A DNA stretch of 64,000 nucleotides from the IMG/VR virus record IMGVR_UViG_3300029288_000175, positions 222-64,221 of that record. One strand, written 5' to 3'. The stretch is from a virus. Taxonomy: Duplodnaviria; Caudoviricetes. The notes beneath the pieces are model-generated. The model was not told where the DNA came from, searched no databases, and saw nothing but the letters and a program-made list of their open reading frames with translations. A program made the position numbers and the translations under genes. Shown here one piece after another: positions 38,524 through 46,607 of this stretch (the first letter of the stretch is position 1; every line of letters begins with the position of its first letter).

Positions 38524-39879
38524 TCACACGTACTCGTATGCGCCTATGTCAACGGCAACACCACGAGGCACGCCATCGTAGTCGCGCATCAACCCCACCG
38601 CCGTGTCACCGATGCCACGCAGGCCCGAGGCGGCCTGGAGGTGGAAGTTACTCCAGTTGGTCACGAATACGGGGGCGACGCCGGTACCGTGCACCTCGGG
38701 GCTCCCACCCAGCGCCTGCCACTGCACCAAGGTGTAGGTGACCACCCCGATCTGGCACAGCGTAGCGTTACCGGCCCACGACGATATGTACACCAGGTCG
38801 TTGTAGTCCCACGTGTTGTTGACCAGGTTGGTCGAGCCGGCCGCCATGTTCACGCAGAAACTCGACCAGGCGTTGACGCCGTCGTTTTTGTCCTGGTACA
38901 GCACGTTGCTGGAGAACACCCAGCCCGTAACGTCGTTGTACATGTCGATGGCCTTGCCGACGTTGTCCACCACGGTGTTGCCGGCGAACGTCATGCCGTT
39001 CGCGTTCGCCAGGGTTTGGAACCCGTCCACGGCGTTGTGGTCTAGCACGTTGTTGACCACGCGACACGCGCACGTCGCGGCATACTCGGCACTGGCGACC
39101 ATGCCGTGCTTGTTGCTGTAGCAGTGGTTGCCCTCAACCAGCAGCCCGGTGCACGTATTGAGCTTGATGCCGGCTCCCACCGGGTTGGAGTACGCTGAGT
39201 TGCCTAGCACGACCCCACTCGTGCACTCACGTAGGTACATGCCGTGGTCGGCGTCGGCGGCGGTCCCGTTGGAGTACACGGTGTTGTGCAGCACGGCGAT
39301 CTCGGCCGGCCCACGTAATGGCAGAGCAACACCATTGTACTGCACCGCCAACCCGGTAGCGTGGTTGCCGTGGACTGTGCAGTCCTCAACCACCGGCCGG
39401 AGCGTCTTGCCCACGCCGGTGTCGTTGACGTAGATGCCGAAGTAGACGTGAGCGTCGCGCGCCGTAACCCGCGTGAGCGTCACGTCTCGGCAGTCCTGCA
39501 ACCTGATGGCAAAGTTACTGTTAGCCGAACCGGCGATGTCCAGGTCACGAAACGCGAGGTAACCCTGCCCATCCGCCGCCAGCGTCTCAGCCGCGTGGTT
39601 CTGCCCTGTGATCGCCGGCAGAGCGCCGGCGCCGTAGGCGCCAAACGTGATCGGCGCCCCTGCCTTGCCCGATACCGCCACGACCCAGTCCGTGCCAGAC
39701 CACGCCTCGCCCCTCTTGAACAGCACGCGGTCGCGCGGCCTTAGCGCCTTGGCGTTCAGGCCGGCGACGGTCTGGAGGGGCGCATCCTCGCCACTACCGC
39801 GCGCCGCGTCGTTGCCGGCGGTCGCGTCGTAGTAGTAGGTATGCCCTGGGGTCGGGTAGCGCCGAACGTGGCTCCTCAT
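38524..39879 (-). CDS. right-handed parallel beta-helix protein
   Basis: YYYDAT.GND...G.....PL.T, F..GE.W, YGAG..P.I, terminal DIGAYEY. Confidence 0.85.
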   Translation of the reverse strand: MRSHVRRYPTPGHTYYYDATAGNDAARGSGEDAPLQTVAGLNAKALRPRDRVLFKRGEAWSGTDWVVAVSGKAGAPITFGAYGAGALPAITGQNHAAETLAADGQGYLAFRDLDIAGSANSNFAIRLQDCRDVTLTRVTARDAHVYFGIYVNDTGVGKTLRPVVEDCTVHGNHATGLAVQYNGVALPLRGPAEIAVLHNTVYSNGTAADADHGMYLRECTSGVVLGNSAYSNPVGAGIKLNTCTGLLVEGNHCYSNKHGMVASAEYAATCACRVVNNVLDHNAVDGFQTLANANGMTFAGNTVVDNVGKAIDMYNDVTGWVFSSNVLYQDKNDGVNAWSSFCVNMAAGSTNLVNNTWDYNDLVYISSWAGNATLCQIGVVTYTLVQWQALGGSPEVHGTGVAPVFVTNWSNFHLQAASGLRGIGDTAVGLMRDYDGVPRGVAVDIGAYEYV

Positions 39880-39884
39880 GTCGC

Positions 39885-40486
39885 TCAGTCCAACCGCTCG
39901 ACGTCGATGGCCAGGTAGATGGTCGTCGTGCCAGGGGATGTGACCGCCAGGGTCTTGACGTAGGCGTAGATCGTGGTCGTGGCCGCCCCCGCCTCCAACT
40001 CTAGGCCCACCCCGCGCACCGTGGCGTTCTGGAACACCGTGCCGCCGGTCGAGGCGGAGTAGTCCGCCGCCGCAATCGGCACCGACCCCAGGAACTTGGG
40101 GCAGTCAGCCGCCACCAGGGTCAGCACGCCGTTGTCCGCGACGGGAGTGGCCAGGTCGGCGTGAAGAACCACACCTCGACCGGGATGGCCGTCGTCACCA
40201 CCCCCAGCAGCTTCACGGAGTTGACGACGACGTGCCCGCCGATGGCCCGCGCAGCGCCGGCGAACGTGACGAGTCCGCCCATTGCGTCGCCGATGGTGTA
40301 TGCGCCGTTGGTCACGGTCAGGGTGGCTAGGATGGTGTCAGCGTTGCCCGAGGTCACGATCGGATTGGTGCCGTTCGTGACGGTCACGTTCTCGTTCGGG
40401 ATGAACGGGTCGATGATCGTCCCGGTGCCGCTGGCCGACAAGTACCGTTGAAGGCAGGCCCCGTCTTTGATCTCTATGTTAGCCAC
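39885..40486 (-). pseudogene. structural/carbohydrate-binding-like protein split by a 1-nt frameshift
   Basis: ORFs 40121-40486 and 39885-40172 join as VEVWFF-HADLATPV if one C is restored near 40163. Confidence 0.6.
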
Positions 40487-40504
40487 GCGCTATCCTCCAC
40501 ACCA

Positions 40505-40954
40505 TCACAGTGCCATCTCCGCCACGGCGCTGAACACGCCAGGCGCCCCAACGGCACCAGACTCAGCGCACTGCACGCGGAACGCCTCTACCCCGTCGAG
40601 CCCGATGACCATGGGGTGGCGCCACCGTTCGGTGGCCGTGCCCACAGGGGTATACACGAAATGCCGCCGCTGTAGGTGCTCGACGGTGTCAGCACCGGCA
40701 GCAACGGCAGCGGTGGTCCACGAGGGGTCGGCATACCAGACCGTGCTGCCGGCCGGCCGCAGTTCCACGAAGTAGGTCACAGCGCCGGCAGCGGTGGCGG
40801 GGTCCTCGTCGTACGAGAGGTACAGGCTCAGCCAACGGTAGCCGGCACAGGGCACCTCGGCCGACGCCTCGTACGCCCCGGCGGCCGGCAGGGCCGCGGC
40901 GGCCCGGACAGTGACGACGGCCGGGATCATGTTGGGGTTGCCGCTGAACTCCAC
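40505..40954 (-). CDS. hypothetical beta-rich virion protein
   Basis: GGGAGG RBS before GTG 40954. Confidence 0.6.
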   Translation of the reverse strand: MEFSGNPNMIPAVVTVRAAAALPAAGAYEASAEVPCAGYRWLSLYLSYDEDPATAAGAVTYFVELRPAGSTVWYADPSWTTAAVAAGADTVEHLQRRHFVYTPVGTATERWRHPMVIGLDGVEAFRVQCAESGAVGAPGVFSAVAEMAL

Positions 40955-40986
40955 CTGGTCACCCTCCCTACCACGAAACGCAAAAC

Positions 40987-41022
40987 GGCCGCCGGCGGGG
41001 CTCGTCACCCGCGCCGGCGGCC
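40987..41022 (-). terminator. intrinsic terminator in the leader of the head operon
   Basis: 11-bp stem GGCCGCCGGCG/CGCCGGCGGCC followed by GTTTTGCGTTT on the minus strand. Confidence 0.75.
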
Positions 41023-41071
41023 TTGCGCCGGTATCACGCGCGCGTTGCGCGCTATGGTCTCATCTCGTGTC

Positions 41072-41101
41072 AGTCTACATCCGCACTTGCATACGTGTCA
41101 A
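41072..41101 (-). promoter_or_regulatory. sigma70-like promoter
   Basis: TTGACA-18bp-TAGACT on the minus strand. Confidence 0.55.
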
Positions 41102-41107
41102 GCGCTG

Positions 41108-41434
41108 CTAGACGATCTCCTGGATGCTCACGCCGAACGTGTCGGTCGCCTCTACCGTGCCGCCCGGCCACGTGACCTGGCACTGCCCGTACCAGTCGCC
41201 CACGTTCTGCGTCTGCGGCGCCGTGAACGAGTAGGTCACCTGGCCCGGCAACCCCGTCTTCGTCATGGCGGCGCCGTTCACGATGCGCCCCATCGCCTGG
41301 CCGAGGCCGACGTACAGGCGTACCGTCGTCGCCACGTTCGATATGTCCACCGCCACGCCAGCGCGCGTGATGTTCACCACCAGCGCCGGCGCGGTCATCC
41401 CCCGCCAGGTGCCGTACGTCACGTTCACGGCCAC
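41108..41434 (-). CDS. BppU N-terminal-like Ig domain protein
   Basis: VDIS......GQVTY.F...T..VG.WYGQ.QVTW.GG. Confidence 0.7.
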   Translation of the reverse strand: MAVNVTYGTWRGMTAPALVVNITRAGVAVDISNVATTVRLYVGLGQAMGRIVNGAAMTKTGLPGQVTYSFTAPQTQNVGDWYGQCQVTWPGGTVEATDTFGVSIQEIV

Positions 41435-41547
41435 AGCACGCCCTCCACCTCGCCACCATGCAGTTCCAGGTCCACCGTCACCGTCGCCTCCGGCAGCGCC
41501 ACGTCGATCACCACCGTGTCTTCCAGGGCCAGCGCCACGTCAGTCAC
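41425..41547 (-). CDS. small acidic protein (40 aa)
   Basis: Hand translation VTDVALALEDTVVIDV...; overlaps both neighbours. Confidence 0.5.
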   Translation of the reverse strand: MTDVALALEDTVVIDVALPEATVTVDLELHGGEVEGVLWP

Positions 41548-41761
41548 CGCCGAACTCCTTCAGGATAGTCTCCAGGGCCGTGAGGGCCGTGGCCTTGGGC
41601 TCCAGCGGCACCACCTCGGGCCGCGACCAGGCTACCGGCGTGCCGTCGGCTCGCACCAGCACGCGCAACGTCACGATGCGCGGGGCGCCGTGCGGGTCAG
41701 CGCCGCACGAGGCCAGGCGCGCCAGGACCGGCTGCCAGCACTCAAGAGTCGCGCCGTTCAT
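41540..41761 (-). CDS. hypothetical protein
   Basis: Co-directional, tight packing. Confidence 0.55.
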   Translation of the reverse strand: MNGATLECWQPVLARLASCGADPHGAPRIVTLRVLVRADGTPVAWSRPEVVPLEPKATALTALETILKEFGGD

Positions 41762-41770
41762 TGGCGTACC

Positions 41771-41968
41771 CTACCCCGTCTTCCCGAACGGAGCGAACAC
41801 GTATGGCTTGCCGTCAGCGCTCTTTGCCTCATCATTACGTGCCTTGCGGTGATCGTCCTGCCCCTGGCAAATAGCGTCGGGGATGCCGTTAGGATAGGCT
41901 CGACATTTCGGGTAGTTGAGCAACTGGATGCAGCCGAAGCAAGGCGTTTCTACGACCGTGCCACTCAC
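41771..41968 (-). CDS. small Cys-rich protein of the type that follows MuF cargo genes
   Basis: C..C......C.A(Y/F)P.GIP..I..G..DH motif. Confidence 0.7.
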   Translation of the reverse strand: MSGTVVETPCFGCIQLLNYPKCRAYPNGIPDAICQGQDDHRKARNDEAKSADGKPYVFAPFGKTG

Positions 41969-42957
41969 TGGTCACCTCCGCCAAACATGGCGCGCTCGAA
42001 GGCGCGAGAAATCCGCGCGTCCACTTCGCCGCGCCCGCTCACCAGGATGGTGAACACCTCAGCCTCCCACTCCTGCGAGTTGTCGCGTGCTCGTGCTGTG
42101 GGTGCGGCACCCTGATAGGCTGGCCTCAGACTGCCCGACCCAAATTCATCACGCAATGCACGCGTGAAGGGGCCGTCCGAGGAGTCCGCCTGTTGGCCGT
42201 ACTTGAAACCCCACTGGTGACCCATCTCGTGCAGCGTCGTCGCCTCGTACAGGTCCTCGAAACGGTACAGACTGTGTTCCTGCGCCGTAGCGCTGGTGTA
42301 GTCGTCGTGCACGGCCATGGCTCTGGCCCGCTCAGCATACTGCAACGACTCGGCGGCCAACGTATCGGCGGCCTTGATGTAGGCCCTCTGCTCTGACTCC
42401 GAGCCCTCACCCTGCCTGAACCGCATGTGGGCCACCATCGTGGCGGCTTCCTCCGCCTTGGCCTCCACTTCAGCAATGCGCTCGTCCCACGGCGTCTGAG
42501 CCCCTATGAACACCGCCCCGTCCTGACGATTGGCTCCACCGTTGTTCTTCACGTTGCCGAACCTGATGGAGGTGACGTTATCCAGCCCGTACTCGGAGAT
42601 GACATACTTAGCCGTTCCCAACGCCCGCTCTGCGTCATCGACGGTGCCGCCATCCAACTTGAACTCATCGCCGATATCAACTTGCACAGGGCCAGCGCCG
42701 AGGTCACGCGTGCACGTGTCACACGACCTCTCGGCGTCCCGATGGAACAGGTCCGCCCGCTCGGTGCCACCGGTACTGCCACCCGCGTCGCTGAACCGCC
42801 CAGCCTCATCGCGCGGGTGCAAGTCAGGGTCCCAGTCCGCCTCGGCATACCCTGCCGAGGCTGTAAACACACCACTTTTAGGTTCCAGCGCTATCAGCTC
42901 ATTTAGCCACTCAGCTCTCTTGTCCATAGTACCTCTGAGCGAACTCGTGAGCGCCAT
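41965..42957 (-). CDS. HPR-repeat protein with zincin-like metallopeptidase domain
   Basis: WDPDLHPRDEAGRF repeat; TLHEMGHQWG (HExxH) and downstream EWEAE. Confidence 0.7.
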   Translation of the reverse strand: MALTSSLRGTMDKRAEWLNELIALEPKSGVFTASAGYAEADWDPDLHPRDEAGRFSDAGGSTGGTERADLFHRDAERSCDTCTRDLGAGPVQVDIGDEFKLDGGTVDDAERALGTAKYVISEYGLDNVTSIRFGNVKNNGGANRQDGAVFIGAQTPWDERIAEVEAKAEEAATMVAHMRFRQGEGSESEQRAYIKAADTLAAESLQYAERARAMAVHDDYTSATAQEHSLYRFEDLYEATTLHEMGHQWGFKYGQQADSSDGPFTRALRDEFGSGSLRPAYQGAAPTARARDNSQEWEAEVFTILVSGRGEVDARISRAFERAMFGGGDQ

Positions 42958-45900
42958 CGGCCGTGAACATGTAATCGTTCATCCAGGACTGCTCGTACAC
43001 TCGCGTCATGCCCAACTTCTCGTAGAATCCCACGGCATCCGGGTCAGCGTCTAGCGTAACCCCTCGGCCTTCAGCTCCTGCTATGCGGCATATGTAGGCC
43101 ATCATCGCTGTGCCCTGGCCCGGTTGACTGCGTGTGCTGGCGAGCGCTCGCACTTCCAGGTCGTTGCCCTTGATGCGCACGGAAGCCATGGCCTCCAGTT
43201 GGCCACTGTTACCAGGCTGCCGTAACCCGTATGCCTGGTACTTGTCTGGGTCGTTGCGGGTATCCCCCATGATCAGCCACGCTATCTGGGAAGCCATGCC
43301 ACTTTCGCCAAACCCCCCCAGTTCAGCAGCAGACACACGGTCTAGACGCGCCACCTCCAGGCCAGTACCGATATCAGTCCCCAGCACACGGTGCCCTTGG
43401 CCCTTGATCGGTTTCGACGTATCATCTACACCCGGTCCGCCTCCAGCATCGCTAAACCGCCCCGCCTCATCGCGCGGGTGTAGGTCGGGATCCCAACCAT
43501 CTTCCGTCAGTATCCCAAGTTCCTTGGCCGTATCAGCATAGGCATCGGAGTATGCAATCGTCACCGCAATGCCGCGCGCCTGTAGCGTCTTCGCTAGGGC
43601 CTCGGTCTTCTGTACGTAGTACTGCCTGTCGTCCTCGTACTCCCCGTAGCCTCCTTCCATGACCATGGCCACGCCGGTGATCGCGTTTGGTGTCAGACTG
43701 AGTCCTGTATAGCGCACCTCGCGCTCCCACTGCTCGTTACTGGCCATGGGATACTGCACCGCTTCCCAGTCACCGTTGAGTTGGCCCCGATCAAATGCCA
43801 ACACCGCCACACCGCTATCCCCGCCGAACGTGCTGGCGACGCGAGGCGATATCGTCAGACCTACCGTTGACTCTAACTGCCCACGAGTGCGTTCACCTGT
43901 GACCCAACCAGCCCCGTATAGCCGTCCGTCCTGGTCTATCTGACTCAGCACCTGCGGGAGGTCCCGCAACCCTACACCACGATACAGGGTATCAGCATCC
44001 GCTGCGGCCGTGTTGAACGTTGCCTGCCACCGCTCATGCTCCTCTGGCGAACGTGCGGCGTCACCCTCTGGCACCCCCCGCGGGTAACCAGGGAGGCCAG
44101 GTTCAGGGCACGCCGCCTGTCGGGAGGATGTGCGCGTGATCGCCTGCTTGGTGGCGCCAGCGCGCATCCCTTGGCCACCGGTACCACCACCCGCATCCGT
44201 GAACCTACCCGCCTCGTCGCGCGGCTGGTCGTCCGAGTACTCGGCATACCCCGCGTCCGCCATCTCGTCACCGGGGCCACCACGGTGCCCGATCCACCCA
44301 TCCGCCTGGTTCGCCGGCACTTCCCTACGACGCAGTTCGCAGCGGCAATTGCCACCACAGCTACATTCCTCAGTCGGCAGTGGCAGGTCACCGGAATGTT
44401 GCCAGCCACGAGCGTGGTAGCCCAGGCAATTGTGCACAACAAACCCGTTGGCGATATAATGATGAGCGTCCGCCACTTCGAGATTGTATACAGGAGTTGC
44501 CTCGCCATGGCTTGTGTACGTTGCGGAGTCAACTGCAAGACCTTGTTCTGTAGGCATTGCGGTAAGGCCCATGATCTTTGTGCGTGTGGCGCCGTCAAGT
44601 TGCGCAAAGTCACTCTGTGTCCTGCATGCCGGCCTAAACAGGCTAAACCAACATGCGAACAATGCGGCCGTCCTGTCTACAACAAACATTCCCGGCTCTG
44701 TCGCACATGTTATGGTTACCGTAATTGGACAGAGGTTGAGGACATGTTTCTGCGGCACGAATATGCGGCACATGGCGCCGCGTACTGCGCTGATCATCTT
44801 GACCGTTCGGTCGAGAAGGTGCGAAGCCGTGCCTCGCGCCTTCGCATTGCCGTTGTTCCTGACACTTATGACCGTCTTGTCCACGGTGGCGCTTCCCGCG
44901 CTAACAAGGGACGCAAGTTCTCTGCCGAGACGCGACAGGCGATGCGCGAACGGGCATTGCTTCGACGTGACGAATATGCTGGTTACCTTCTGAAGGGTCG
45001 CCTCGTATGCCAAGTTCAACGCCGCAGCAAGGCCGAACAACGGCTGTGCGACATGCTCGACACGATGACTGTCCCCTACGTTTCCCAGTGCGTCGTCAAC
45101 CAGAAGTTTATCTGCGACGTTGTCGTAGGCAACCTGGTCATTGAGGTTGACGGTGACTACTGGCATGGGCACCCGCGTTTCGAGCCGCTCGACGCGCGTC
45201 AACTTGCACAACACAAACGTGACGCCAGCAAGACGGCCTACTTGACCGCGTGCGGATACGTCGTCGAGCGCATCTGGGAGAGCGACCTGACCGTGGAACG
45301 AGTCCGCAGTGTCCTTACTCAGCACAACTTGCTGGCCGGTGGCGAGTAGATGTGCTGGCCACCATTCACCACTTGGCAAGAGGAACGGGTGGTTACCTGT
45401 GCAGGTGACCGCAAAAGAATCGCTCTCAACGCGCCATAACTCAGTTTCCAATCGGTGCATAGTGTCTATCACGGGCCTAGGCCCCATCGTCGTTATGGCC
45501 ATATCCCCGACACGCACATCTTGAATTGGCGCCCACCTTTTCGTCAGCCGAATTAGCGTATCGGCAGGGAAACACTCGGGGCAGTGCTTGTACGGTTCTC
45601 CCAGGTCGCGGATTTCGATGGTGACGTTCCCCTCAGCCGCTGCGGGGAGACGCGCACGCTCCACCTGGTAGTACTCCGCTCGCGCTTCACCCACGTACAT
45701 GTCCATGCGCGCCTGGGCCTGGGCACTGGATGCCTCTCCCTTGGTCATGTCGGCGCCCAACTGCCGTAGGTGGGTGAACTGGTCCGCCAGGCGCGTGGTG
45801 ATGCCCGCACGGTCGGCGTCGGTGAGGCGATCCCAGCCGCCGGCGGCGAGGGCGGCGTTCTGCACGTACTCGCGCTGTAGCATCGAGGATGCGCGGGCGA

Positions 45901-46111
45901 ACCACGTGTTCTCGCTGATGCGCCCATCCAGCATCGCCTGCACGCCGGCACGGAGGCGCCCCTCACGTTCGGTGGTGCTGCGCTCCAACAGGTCCATGAT
46001 TCTGGTGCGCGCCACGAAGCGCCCGGTCTCGTCCGAACGGTACCGACTGGCGCTGGCATCCCACTCGTAGCCCTGGAGAACGTAGGGGCCGGCCTCGACG
46101 AGAACGTTCAT
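42911..46111 (-). CDS. MuF-like head morphogenesis protein containing an intein, with C-terminal ART-like and GNAT domains
   Basis: Y+RS.ETGRFV, GG...T..D, HCPE/C...PLP..EC.C..NCRC; intein; LYRG..LTISPRVA..F..EREV; GQGTAMM..AVGFYEKLGM. Confidence 0.85.
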   Translation of the reverse strand: MNVLVEAGPYVLQGYEWDASASRYRSDETGRFVARTRIMDLLERSTTEREGRLRAGVQAMLDGRISENTWFARASSMLQREYVQNAALAAGGWDRLTDADRAGITTRLADQFTHLRQLGADMTKGEASSAQAQARMDMYVGEARAEYYQVERARLPAAAEGNVTIEIRDLGEPYKHCPECFPADTLIRLTKRWAPIQDVRVGDMAITTMGPRPVIDTMHRLETELWRVESDSFAVTCTGNHPFLLPSGEWWPAHLLATGQQVVLSKDTADSFHGQVALPDALDDVSARGQVGRLAGVTFVLCKLTRVERLETRVPMPVVTVNLNDQVAYDNVADKLLVDDALGNVGDSHRVEHVAQPLFGLAAALNLAYEATLQKVTSIFVTSKQCPFAHRLSRLGRELASLVSAGSATVDKTVISVRNNGNAKARGTASHLLDRTVKMISAVRGAMCRIFVPQKHVLNLCPITVTITCATEPGMFVVDRTAALFACWFSLFRPACRTQSDFAQLDGATRTKIMGLTAMPTEQGLAVDSATYTSHGEATPVYNLEVADAHHYIANGFVVHNCLGYHARGWQHSGDLPLPTEECSCGGNCRCELRRREVPANQADGWIGHRGGPGDEMADAGYAEYSDDQPRDEAGRFTDAGGGTGGQGMRAGATKQAITRTSSRQAACPEPGLPGYPRGVPEGDAARSPEEHERWQATFNTAAADADTLYRGVGLRDLPQVLSQIDQDGRLYGAGWVTGERTRGQLESTVGLTISPRVASTFGGDSGVAVLAFDRGQLNGDWEAVQYPMASNEQWEREVRYTGLSLTPNAITGVAMVMEGGYGEYEDDRQYYVQKTEALAKTLQARGIAVTIAYSDAYADTAKELGILTEDGWDPDLHPRDEAGRFSDAGGGPGVDDTSKPIKGQGHRVLGTDIGTGLEVARLDRVSAAELGGFGESGMASQIAWLIMGDTRNDPDKYQAYGLRQPGNSGQLEAMASVRIKGNDLEVRALASTRSQPGQGTAMMAYICRIAGAEGRGVTLDADPDAVGFYEKLGMTRVYEQSWMNDYMFTADGAHEFAQRYYGQES
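44432..44496 (+). promoter_or_regulatory. putative promoter and RBS of the antisense endonuclease
   Basis: GTGCAC-17bp-TATAAT (44455-44460); AGGAG 44492-44496; ATG 44507. Confidence 0.6.
44507..45349 (+). CDS. Zn-finger/NUMOD3/DUF559(Vsr-like) putative homing endonuclease, antisense within the intein
   Basis: Multiple CxxC, WTEVED.FL helical repeat, NKGRKFSAETRQAMRE, CDVVVGNLVIEVDGDYWHG..RDASK..YL..CGY.V.RIWE. Confidence 0.88.
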   Translation: MACVRCGVNCKTLFCRHCGKAHDLCACGAVKLRKVTLCPACRPKQAKPTCEQCGRPVYNKHSRLCRTCYGYRNWTEVEDMFLRHEYAAHGAAYCADHLDRSVEKVRSRASRLRIAVVPDTYDRLVHGGASRANKGRKFSAETRQAMRERALLRRDEYAGYLLKGRLVCQVQRRSKAEQRLCDMLDTMTVPYVSQCVVNQKFICDVVVGNLVIEVDGDYWHGHPRFEPLDARQLAQHKRDASKTAYLTACGYVVERIWESDLTVERVRSVLTQHNLLAGGE

Positions 46112-46383
46112 GGCGCCGCCTTCACCCGCGCGTCCAGCAGGCGCTTGTACCTAGCGGGCACCCAGTCAGCGGCAAACCATTCGACACGTGCCGCCTGCAC
46201 TGCTGCTGCGTCCACTCGGGCCATCGCCGCTATGTCGTCGTCGGTCAACTGGTACGTGGCCGGGTCCGCGTCCTCTGGCACCAGCGCCAGCAGGCGCGCC
46301 ACCCACTCCTCGGCGTCCATCGCGTCGTCGCCCAGGCGCACGAGGGCATCCACCTGGCGCCGGCCCCACTCCTCTCTGTTCAC
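46108..46383 (-). CDS. hypothetical protein
   Basis: ATGA overlap with MuF. Confidence 0.6.
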   Translation of the reverse strand: MNREEWGRRQVDALVRLGDDAMDAEEWVARLLALVPEDADPATYQLTDDDIAAMARVDAAAVQAARVEWFAADWVPARYKRLLDARVKAAP

Positions 46384-46390
46384 CGCCGCC

Positions 46391-46603
46391 TCACAGGTCC
46401 ACGTCGTGACTGCGCTTCACGGCCGCATGCAGGTCGCGGATGGTCTTGCCGACCGCGTCCAGTTGCTCGCACAGAGTGAGGACGTCGTCGGCATGGGAAC
46501 CATGCAACTGGCCCTTGGTTCCCCGCAAGCTGTCCATGCAGAGACTCAGGCCCAACAGTGCCACCAGTCTGTTGTGCTCGGTCAACACCAGCGGCAACGG
46601 CAT
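46391..46603 (-). CDS. hypothetical protein
   Basis: GAGGGG RBS. Confidence 0.55.
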   Translation of the reverse strand: MPLPLVLTEHNRLVALLGLSLCMDSLRGTKGQLHGSHADDVLTLCEQLDAVGKTIRDLHAAVKRSHDVDL

Positions 46604-46607
46604 CTGC

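Larger units (their letters stand above)
44429..45574 (-). mobile_element. intein (382 aa) in the MuF CxxC motif, no in-frame endonuclease
   Basis: Block A CFPADTLI, block B TGNHPF, block F/G VYNLEVADAHHYIANGFVVHN, +1 Cys. Confidence 0.92.
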
